Positions 36,101-44,389 of a DNA stretch of 44,389 nucleotides are shown piece after piece. The DNA is from Planctomycetota bacterium (lineage in GTDB: Bacteria > Planctomycetota > UBA1135). The position numbers and the translations under genes are program-made. Numbering within the stretch: position 1 is the first letter of the stretch; every line of letters starts with the position of its first letter. The stretch covers positions 1 to 44,389 of the forward strand of contig JAPYTC010000004.1 in NCBI GenBank assembly GCA_029941685.1, read 5' to 3'. Under the pieces are notes generated by a model. That model was not told where the DNA came from, did no database searches, and saw nothing but the letters and a program-made list of their open reading frames with translations.

Positions 36101-38059
36101 ATGGAAACCCAATCCCCGCTTCTAAAAGGACTCAATTCTGAGCAGCTTCATGCGGTAACCAAGACTGAAGGTCCATTGTTGGTATTGGCAGGGGCAGGCA
36201 CCGGCAAAACGCGAGTGATTACGATTCGCACAGTGCATTTAATGAATGAGGGTGTGGCACCAGAAAACATTTTGCTGGTCACTTTTACCAACAAAGCAGC
36301 CCGTGAAATGCGCGAGCGACTGCGCAAGCTTTGTGGTGACAAAGCTAAACAGGTTACGTGCGGCACATTCCATAGCTTTTGTATTCGTATGATTCGTGAG
36401 CACCACCAGAAACTGAATCTTCCCAAAACGTTCGGCATCTGTGATTCCTCTGACCAGCTCAACGCCATCAAAGCGCAATTGCGTGAATTGCGCATCGCCG
36501 AGACAACGGTTAACCCACGTGCGGCACAGTCGCGAATCTCGTTGTTCAAAAACTCATTGATTTTGCCCGAGCAAGCCTTCGAAGAAGCTGAAGACGATTA
36601 TGACTTCATAATCGCGCGGTGCTATGAGAAGTATCAAGAGTATTTACGTCGTTCACGCGTACTCGACTTCGACGATTTCTTACTATACACGCACGAACTG
36701 CTACGCGACAACGAAGATGTACGTACCCAACTAGAGAAGCAGTTCAAATATGTAATGATCGATGAGTATCAAGACACAAATACTCCTCAGTACGAGATCG
36801 TTCGCGCAATCGTCAAAAACCACCGTAATATTTGTGTAGTAGGCGACGACGACCAGTCCATTTACGGCTGGCGTGGTGCTGACATCCAAAAGATTTTGGG
36901 CTTCGAGAAAGACTTTCCTGGTGCTGACAAAGTTTATCTCGGTATCAATTATCGCTCAACGCAAGAGATTGTTGATGCGGCGAATATGGTGATTAGAAAC
37001 AACAGCTCGCGTCACGAAAAAGAATTGCGCTCATCCTACGGCCCTGGAGAGTCCGTGGCGATTATGCGTGTCGAAGACGAAAACCATGAAGCAAGTCACA
37101 TTTGCGGCGACATTAAATACCAGGTCGGTCGTGAGCAGGCCCACTATCGTGATTTTGCGATTTTATGTCGCACGGCGCAGCAACCGCGAGCCTTCGAAGC
37201 CGAATTGCGTGGCGCAAATATCCCTTATAAGTTAGTGGGTGGTCAAAGTTTTTTCGATCGTAAAGAGGTGCGGGACATTTTGTCTTATTTACGCGTCATT
37301 GACAACCCTGCCGACGAAACATCATTTTTGCGCATTGTTAATACCCCGCCGCGCGGCATTGGCAAAGGCACTATCGACAAAGCTTTAGCGCAAGCGACCG
37401 AGCAAGGCAAAGGTGCGTATGAGATGTTTAAAGAGATGCATCAGGCAAAAGAGCTGGCGTCCGCAGCTAGTAAGGGTTTTGATCGTTTGAGTAATGCATT
37501 ACGCGCTGCTTACGTCAGCGCCCAGGCCAATGAAGATTTGGTTTCTACATTGCGCAAGTTGATCAGTGACATCGATTACCACCAAGAGGTCGCACGCTGT
37601 TACCCCGATCCTGATACTGCGCAAACGCGATGGGCCGGAGTCGATGAGATTTTAAACTTCGCAGAAAACTATCAACGCAAAAACAAGGATGCCGACCTTA
37701 ATGGGTTTTTGCAAGAGCTGATGCTTGATGAAAGCGACAAAGATGACGATGACAATTCGAATCAAGTCACGTTAATGACATTACACGCAGCGAAAGGACT
37801 AGAGTTTCGCAACGTTTATTTAGTCGGACTCGAAGAAGGTATCTTACCGCACAAACGTTCGGCAGTCGAAGGTACCATCGAAGAAGAACGCCGCCTGATG
37901 TATGTCGGCGTCACTCGTGCGCAGCGCTTGTTAGTAATGACGTTCTGCACCGCACGCGCTAAATTCGGAAAACTACAAGCATGTCATCCGTCACGTTTTT
38001 TGTTTGAAATAAAAGGGAAAACTCCACCTGACGATTGGGTGCCTGCTAGCGAAGTGTAG
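36101..38059 (+). CDS. ATP-dependent DNA helicase, UvrD/PcrA/Rep family
   Basis: AGAGTGKT, TFTNKAA, DEYQDTN, VGDDDQSIYGWRGA, HAAKGLEF and EEERRLMYVGVTRA motifs. Confidence 0.96.
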   Translation: METQSPLLKGLNSEQLHAVTKTEGPLLVLAGAGTGKTRVITIRTVHLMNEGVAPENILLVTFTNKAAREMRERLRKLCGDKAKQVTCGTFHSFCIRMIREHHQKLNLPKTFGICDSSDQLNAIKAQLRELRIAETTVNPRAAQSRISLFKNSLILPEQAFEEAEDDYDFIIARCYEKYQEYLRRSRVLDFDDFLLYTHELLRDNEDVRTQLEKQFKYVMIDEYQDTNTPQYEIVRAIVKNHRNICVVGDDDQSIYGWRGADIQKILGFEKDFPGADKVYLGINYRSTQEIVDAANMVIRNNSSRHEKELRSSYGPGESVAIMRVEDENHEASHICGDIKYQVGREQAHYRDFAILCRTAQQPRAFEAELRGANIPYKLVGGQSFFDRKEVRDILSYLRVIDNPADETSFLRIVNTPPRGIGKGTIDKALAQATEQGKGAYEMFKEMHQAKELASAASKGFDRLSNALRAAYVSAQANEDLVSTLRKLISDIDYHQEVARCYPDPDTAQTRWAGVDEILNFAENYQRKNKDADLNGFLQELMLDESDKDDDDNSNQVTLMTLHAAKGLEFRNVYLVGLEEGILPHKRSAVEGTIEEERRLMYVGVTRAQRLLVMTFCTARAKFGKLQACHPSRFLFEIKGKTPPDDWVPASEV

Positions 38060-39401
38060 GCACGGTGTCGTGGTCGGTGTAGTGAATACGCACGACATTC
38101 TTGTCGCTATTACCCGACGCCAAAGACTGTGGCAAAACAAGGTCTTTGTTCAATTCGCGGCGCAACAAATAGCGTAAGCGCGCTAACCCGCCTCCATGCT
38201 CGAGGAAATTTGTTGCTTGTTCTTCATCAACACCAGCAACATCAACGACTAGCGTTGTATTTTCGTCGACTGTTATCTCAAGCAGTTGCACGAACTGAAC
38301 ACAGTTCTGATCACTGATAGTCTTGTAAGGCTGATTAATGTCTTTAAGAATTCCGCCGGTGATGAACAGCAACATGGCGATGACAACAACCGCTGTTGCG
38401 CGTGGTGACGGCAACAAGCGCTCGAGACCAACAGCGGCGCAAATGCAAATAGCTGGCGCCAAAAATATCGCGACACGCACGCTACCGCCGTATGGATAAG
38501 CTTGAATAGCTGCAGCGATGAACAAGAACGGCAAGCTGCCGTAGAGAAGCGCTAGCTGTGATTTGCGCTGCTGGCGCCATAACACTAGCACGCCTAGTAT
38601 TTGCAACAGCAGTGTGGCGGATGAACCGAAATGACGTCCACCAGTGGGATAGGCTGACATGTAACCGGCATGGCGCTCGATTAACCAGGAAGGTACCGTC
38701 CACCATTCGCTGATTGGCGGGAAAGCGGTAACCCACATATCCATTTCGTGTAACCATGATGCAGCTTCAGCATGTGGTGAGGTGAAACTAATAGTCATCC
38801 ATGTGTATTCAGCAATGAGCAGCACACCGCCAATGAATAGCAAGTTACGTTGAGCTGACAAGTTGTAATACAAATACAAACCACACCCAGCGACAACGAA
38901 CATTGATGGCAGGCTAAAGAAAATGCCCAGCGCGGCAACTACAATAAACTTTTTGGGTGCCGAGCTTAACGCTGATTCAATTAACAATAGAGCAATCAAT
39001 AAATCGAAAGCATAGGGTTTTACTTCGATGCTGTAACGCATCGGATAATACGACGCACAAAAAATCGCTAGAGAAAACAAGGCTGCGCGTGGCTCGACCA
39101 CTTTTTGAGCCACTCGCCAAAACACTAATACGCTCACAGCACCAGCAACAAAGGAAGGCAAGCGCAGCATAAACAAACTGCCGCCGCCGATATCGAACAT
39201 TAACTTTTCTAGCCATAGCCAACCTAATGGACCAATTTGCCCGTATTCAAGCGGTTGGAACAAATCGGCATAGCTAGCATCAAAAAAGTTGATTGCCACC
39301 ATCGCTTCGTCGCCCCAAATTGGAAAATCAAGGAAGAGGCGCGTAAGTCGCCACACAAGGCACAGCCCAATTAAAGCAAATGCCCAACGGTTTTTTACCA
39401 T
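38046..39401 (-). CDS. GT-C membrane glycosyltransferase (PMT-2/ArnT-like)
   Basis: IWGDE after TM1, LRLPS, YSIEVKPY and multiple TM helices. ATG 39401 overlaps the end of fabH. Confidence 0.82.
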   Translation of the reverse strand: MVKNRWAFALIGLCLVWRLTRLFLDFPIWGDEAMVAINFFDASYADLFQPLEYGQIGPLGWLWLEKLMFDIGGGSLFMLRLPSFVAGAVSVLVFWRVAQKVVEPRAALFSLAIFCASYYPMRYSIEVKPYAFDLLIALLLIESALSSAPKKFIVVAALGIFFSLPSMFVVAGCGLYLYYNLSAQRNLLFIGGVLLIAEYTWMTISFTSPHAEAASWLHEMDMWVTAFPPISEWWTVPSWLIERHAGYMSAYPTGGRHFGSSATLLLQILGVLVLWRQQRKSQLALLYGSLPFLFIAAAIQAYPYGGSVRVAIFLAPAICICAAVGLERLLPSPRATAVVVIAMLLFITGGILKDINQPYKTISDQNCVQFVQLLEITVDENTTLVVDVAGVDEEQATNFLEHGGGLARLRYLLRRELNKDLVLPQSLASGNSDKNVVRIHYTDHDTVPTLR

Positions 39402-40387
39402 AAAATGCGTGCGCCAGACCAAGTGAGGCCAGCACCGAATGCACCAAGCACTAAGTACTTATCTTTTTCGAACAAGCCTTTGTGGTAACCCTCCGACAAC
39501 AATAACGGCACCGATGCAGATGAAGTGTTGCCGTACTTTGCAATGTTATGCAAAACTTTATGTGGTGGAATACCCAAATGCGCAGTCGCCTGCTCGAGAA
39601 TACGACGATTCATTTGGTGCGGGATCATCCAGCCTAGCTTGGCAGGGTCTTGACCTGTCATCGCCCAGTCGAGTAACCAAATCATTTTGGTTGCCGCGAA
39701 ACGATATACCGGGCGGCCGTCCATGAAAATGAAGTGCGACTTTTCGTCGAGGATTTCGTGCGATATCGGATCTGCTCCGCCACCACGCTTACGAATGATG
39801 TACTTGGCGCCGGCACCTTGCGCACCAATGGTGATGTCTTCGATGAGTCCGCGCTTACAAACTGAATGCGGTTGTAGAACCATCGCGCCTGATGCGTCAC
39901 CGAATAGTACCGCTGTTGAGCGATCTTCTTTGTTGATCATACGTGACATTGCATCGCCACCAACGACCAACACGTTTTTGTATTTCCCGGTTTCGACGAA
40001 TTGCGTGCCAACTGCAAGCGCATACATAAAACCAGAACACGCAGCAGCCACATCGAATGCGCCACAGTCGTTAGTGATGCCGAGACGGTCTTGCAAAATA
40101 CAAGCCGCAGAAGGCGCGGTGTAGTCGCCCGAAACCGAACCAACCACAATCATGTCGATGTCGTTGGCATCAATACCGGCATCTTTGATCGCCATTTCAG
40201 AGGCGCCCTTAAACATATCGGTCGGCACCTCATCGTCGGTCAACCAACGGCGTTCCGCAATACCTGTTCGCTTGGTGATCCATTCATCGGACGTGTCGAG
40301 GTATTTGGCAAACCACTGATTAGTGATTACTTGGCTTGGCACCCAGTGCCCAATGCCAGCGACGCCGGCGGGAATTAGCTGTTTCAT
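39395..40387 (-). CDS. fabH: Beta-ketoacyl-ACP synthase III
   Basis: Catalytic Cys-His-Asn triad in AACSG, PHQMN and GNTSSAS; also LFGD and FGAGLTW. Confidence 0.95.
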   Translation of the reverse strand: MKQLIPAGVAGIGHWVPSQVITNQWFAKYLDTSDEWITKRTGIAERRWLTDDEVPTDMFKGASEMAIKDAGIDANDIDMIVVGSVSGDYTAPSAACILQDRLGITNDCGAFDVAAACSGFMYALAVGTQFVETGKYKNVLVVGGDAMSRMINKEDRSTAVLFGDASGAMVLQPHSVCKRGLIEDITIGAQGAGAKYIIRKRGGGADPISHEILDEKSHFIFMDGRPVYRFAATKMIWLLDWAMTGQDPAKLGWMIPHQMNRRILEQATAHLGIPPHKVLHNIAKYGNTSSASVPLLLSEGYHKGLFEKDKYLVLGAFGAGLTWSGARILW

Positions 40388-40471
40388 TGCTTATTACGGT
40401 TATTGGCGGGGACCAATGTCCTCGATTATACCTTATCGGCTATCAGGGGGAAAAGACTGCATTAATCTTAT

Positions 40472-43400
40472 CTAAAAATCAGAGCGGCCTTCCCATTCGA
40501 GGATGGTCTGCTTTAGCTTGGAGTAAGTGGGCACATAAAAATCGGCGAACACCACGCGTCCTTGGTCGTCAATGACGATTGTGGTTGGGGTGATTTGCGA
40601 AGCTGGGAGGTCTTCGTATTTTTCGGTGATAATTCGATCTTGCTCGATTTTAAAAGCATCTATGTCGTCGTCGGTGCGATCGCTCAACATGATGTACGCG
40701 GGCTTGTAAACCTTCGCGTATTTCTCCATGTCACTTTTGCTATCACCCAACATGCCGCCGGCATTATTAAAGCCAAGAACTTGTAGCTCGGCGTCATCGA
40801 AATGCAAACTAATCGCATCGATCAGCGGAGATGCTGCCTTGCATGAGGTGCATGTAGAGAACCAAGTTGTAAACATTCGATATTTCGCCTTGGTGTGAGG
40901 CTTACTCATATCTAGAAACAACTTACTGACTTTAGCGTCGTCATGAGTTTTGGTGGTTAGTGTTTCTTGAGCAATTCCTTTACTGACTTTAGCAATCGAA
41001 CTTACTGAGTAACCACTGCCATTCGGCGAATCAGCAGGATTTTCGTAAACAGTAATCAATTGTCCCGGCAACGCCTCAGCCACAACAGTAGTCGCGCCCT
41101 TTGGCCATTGCACAATAAAGCTTGCGGATTCGTTTGCACCAATACCTATCGGCATGGTGCGCGAATTCTGCGCCGCCAATCCTTCGCCACAACGCAACTC
41201 ACGACTGATGTTTAAATCACCAGACTTCAGCAAAACTTTAGCGCCAATACCATCGCGCGCGCCCCACTTATCCGAAGCGGACGCAGTCTTATTGCCTCCT
41301 TCCAAACGAATATAAATCGGCTGATAGGTGGTCTCTGCTGGCATCAAATCGCCAATCTTGTTCCGGTATAACTGAACGTACGGGCGGTTACCGCTGACAA
41401 GGACGAAGTCTTGGTAACCATCGCGGTCGTAGTCGAATAGCGCAATGGCACGCGCATCACCCTTGTGGTCAGCACCCGAAATGCCTGACTGTGTCGAGAA
41501 TTCTTTACCACCGATGTTCAACCAAAAGTGGTTAGGCTCGCTACCCGAAAATGATGCGCCCGAACCGACTTGACCTGGGTCAATGACAACACCAACATCT
41601 TTCCCTTGTTTGATATTTGCATTTTTGTCTCCGCGAACCACGGAGCGCCAAAAATCACTTCACAAATCAACATTGCGTTTTTGATCTTGCGGTGCGGTGT
41701 AATACCCCGCTGGGCCGTACAAGTCGAGATAGCCATCGTTATTAAAGTCAGCAAATTGCGCACCCCATCCCCAGCCACCAAACTCGGTTGAATGCATCGC
41801 TTCGCCCTCAGCAGAGACTTTGGACCACTCGCCATTATCGTTGTTGTGGTACATTGAGTTACCACGTCCAAGTTGCTCGAATAGCGGGTCGATACCCTCA
41901 CCATTAAGCAAGTCGGCGTCGTAATTGACGCGACCTGGCGTGAAGAATGATGTTACGCGGCGTGCTGCTTTCGAAAACATGTTCGTCACGTATAAATCTT
42001 GCAGGCCATCGTTGTCGTAATCACCAAATGCAACACCCATGCCGAAACCTACGTCAGCGACATTCGCCTCTTCGGTAATATCGGTAAATTTACCTCCTCC
42101 ATCATTACGAATTAGGTAATTCGGCGCAAAGTCGTTTGCTGAGTAGAAGTCGAAGTCTCCATCGTTGTCGATATCACTCCACGTGGTCTGGAAAGTATTG
42201 TGAAAAATCCGCAACGCATCTGGCAGAACATGCTCTTCGAATTTGCCATTACCTGTATTGCGTAACAACAAATTAGGTGGCCCCGGACGACTACGGTACA
42301 ACGTCGACCCCTCAGCAGTCTCCACATAAAGCGGCATCAGTTTGTTGAAATCTTCTTCGCGCATAAAAGCCTTCAGCTCATTCACTGCGAAGTCGGTTGT
42401 GGTCATGATCTGCTCATCGCCTTCACCGGATGACTTCACCGCAGCATCGCCTTGCAACGCCTTAATCGCGCGCTGTGCGAAGTAAGCAGCATATGTCGAA
42501 ATGTAAATGTCGTTAAGACCATCGCCATCGAAATCAACCACAGTTGCACCACCCGTGTTGAATGGCAGGTTGTCTTCGGCGATCCAATCACCAGAACGAT
42601 TTACAAAATGGCCATCAACGTTCTCCATGATGATGCTGCGTCGCAGTGAGCCACCGATGAAAACATCTTTGTCACCATCGTTATCAAAGTCAGAGAACAT
42701 CGCAGACGAAGTCTGGCCGTTGAAATCTAAACCTAACTCGCGGCCGATTTCTTTAAATGTTCCATTGCCGTTGTTATGAAAGAACAAGTTGCGGCCATGA
42801 CGCTCTTGCACGTAAAAATCGTCGAAGCCATCGTCATCGAGGTCGACAATCGAAACTGTAGGGTGACGTTCGCCGGCCGCTACCTGCCACTGTGGATATG
42901 GCTTTTCGAATTTTTTGCCTGCCTTGCGTGACTTTAAGAACTCGCGCACTTGGTTTTCGTGAATAGATTGACGTGCGAGCTCGAGGTCGTCGGTGTTCTC
43001 AATCACGTTGTCGAGCACTTCTTCGAATAACCAATCATCTGTTTCGATAGTAGTAAGCGAATTGATTTTCCACGACACAATTTTCCAGACTTGCTTTCCA
43101 GGATCAATCTCGTCACGCGTTGATAGGTCGTGTTCCCAGATGACGTCTTGCCAACCTTTTATTTCAGCAAGGCGGCCATTTTTCATCTTAGCCTTGGCTG
43201 TGAATTTAAAACCCACTTGCCATTGAGTCATCGTTTCGGGATCGATCCAACGTGGCACAGGTAAGTTAACTTTAAACTCGGCAAACTTAAAGTAATCTAC
43301 TTCGGCAAACAGGCTGCTGTACAAATTGAACTCTGACCAGTCTTTAGTCCCAGCTGGAGCTTCATCGGCACCGTTGTAAAAAGTGGCAACCTGCTCGCTG

Positions 43401-43738
43401 AGGTTCCAGTGGCGCTTGCCTGCTGTACCCCCATTCATTACGGTGTCATACTCAGGGAAGAGCTCGACGATGCCGCTGAATTCAAATGTCTCGGCAAAAT
43501 ATTTTGCACAGCCATTGTCGGGAAACTTTTTACCTTGCAGTGCTTCGGCTAGCCCATCTAGGTAACCCGTTTTTCCCCAAGCAATATGCAGTGCCTCAGA
43601 GCGTGTCATACGCTCTGTTTGAATCTCCATTGGTGTCGTTGGAGCCTTTCTTTTAGGCTCATCATTGCATGTTGCAAATGTCATCGCCACCAAGAAGGCA
43701 AGCAACAACGGGGAGTAGTTTCGGGGTGATTTACTCAT
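40472..43738 (-). CDS. FG-GAP/VCBS beta-propeller + ASPIC/UnbV + C-terminal thioredoxin-like (CxxC) protein, probable lipoprotein; in-frame TGA at codon 693 (candidate selenocysteine); split into two ORFs in the track
   Basis: ORFs 43738-41660 and 41641-40472 share a frame and join as ...RNVDL-TGA-SDFWRSVVRG.... Six DxDxDG-type repeats precede the TGA and a seventh follows it. Lipobox-like FATC; WFSTCTSC near the C-terminus. Confidence 0.82.
41621..41655 (-). promoter_or_regulatory. Bacterial SECIS-like stem-loop
   Basis: Minus strand: TGA AGTG ATTTTTG GCG CTCCGTG GTT CGCGGAG A CAAAAAT. 7-bp lower stem, internal loop, 7-bp upper stem, and a G(G)UU apical loop about 20 nt from the UGA. Confidence 0.75.
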
Positions 43739-43832
43739 AGCGGTAACTGTTGACCATTTAGGCCTTAATTACAGAAGAAAGTACTCTTTTTTCTGCGCCT
43801 ATAGGGTATCGTCTCCGTACTATCATTGCTTA

Positions 43833-44330
43833 ATGCCCAATTCGATAAAACTTTACGTCGCAGTCTCCTCCTGCCTGACAGGCGAAAAGGTACGCCACGA
43901 CGCTACATCTAAAACCTCTACTGCTGTTTTGGCACTAAGTAATAGCTTTGGTCTACTAAAGTTCTGTCCGGAGATGCTTATGGGTTTGGGAACCCCTCGC
44001 GAAACAATCTCCCTGCAGCAACAAAGTGGTGCATGGCAAATAATTGGCAATGAAAGTGCCCATAATTACACCCATCTAGCCGATATTGCTTTAGCAGAGA
44101 TTGACAAGATTTTCGGTGACAAGCGAATTGTCGCTTTTGTGATGAAGTCGCGATCTCCGAGCTGTGCCCTTGGCACTTACCCACCCCCACAAGATAAAGT
44201 CGCGCGTGACGGTTTAATCGCCGAACGATTGCGCTTAAAATTTCCATCGGCACTGTTCGTTGACGAGCAGCAGCTAGAAAACGACGTGGCATTTGCCGAA
44301 TTCGTCCACACTTTAAAACATGAAAGCTAA
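43833..44330 (+). CDS. DUF523 / 2-thiouracil desulfurase family Fe-S protein
   Basis: VSSCLTGEKVR, CPE...GLGTPRE and KSRSPSC motifs. Confidence 0.88.
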   Translation: MPNSIKLYVAVSSCLTGEKVRHDATSKTSTAVLALSNSFGLLKFCPEMLMGLGTPRETISLQQQSGAWQIIGNESAHNYTHLADIALAEIDKIFGDKRIVAFVMKSRSPSCALGTYPPPQDKVARDGLIAERLRLKFPSALFVDEQQLENDVAFAEFVHTLKHES

Positions 44331-44389
44331 AATCATCTCCCGCGAAGACCTAACCGACTCGTTATCCATCTTTCGTTTCGACGTTGATG
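44320..44389 (+). CDS. Start of a probable ferredoxin--NADP reductase-type FAD-binding protein (truncated by the window edge)
   Basis: MKAKIISREDLTDSLSIFRFDVD...; overlaps the end of the DUF523 gene. Only 23 codons are visible. Confidence 0.5.
   Translation, partial: MKAKIISREDLTDSLSIFRFDVD

Noticed and set aside
40425-40460. Sigma-28 promoter for fabH (perfect GCCGATAA on the minus strand at 40440-40433)
   Set aside because: No TAAA -35 box at the right spacing, and an adjacent TATAAT (40430-40425) fits a housekeeping promoter better.
1-44389. Genome-wide reassignment of TGA (code 4 Trp or code 25 Gly)
   Set aside because: Long conserved genes (argS, lepA, ligA, the helicase) contain no in-frame TGA, and TGA ends apt, rph, queD, cls and the Gfo/Idh/MocA gene at expected lengths.

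Overview
A gene-dense bacterial chromosomal window with many overlapping start/stop codons. lptB and a heptosyltransferase indicate a diderm organism. The style of the secreted proteins, the inserted LepB and the FG-GAP/ASPIC protein suggest Planctomycetota (inference). Most genes are housekeeping: SMUG1-type UDG plus xth, glpK, queD, pyrK, argS, apt, a FliA/WhiG sigma factor, birA, rph, rdgB, lepA, lepB, lptB, etfBA, a cardiolipin synthase, ligA, a UvrD/PcrA helicase and fabH. I saw no rRNA, tRNA, CRISPR array or mobile element. The main signal, which the ORF track misses, is apparent in-frame UGA recoding in two exported proteins that each carry a CxxC motif. (1) A 1088-aa FG-GAP/ASPIC-UnbV/thioredoxin-like protein (43738-40472, minus) is interrupted by one TGA that is followed by a strong bacterial SECIS-like hairpin. 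(2) A 344-aa secreted protein (7516-8550, plus) has TGA-TGA directly after its signal peptide and a GGUC-loop hairpin downstream. Both are candidate selenoproteins, the second with a possible Sec-Sec pair. Other points are a cytidine-deaminase homolog lacking its catalytic residues in an operon with DUF669 and ligA, a fragmented TrkA-C-type gene relic, a candidate ~70-nt structured RNA, a ~150-aa insertion in an AGCS transporter, and several hairpins that cover start codons.
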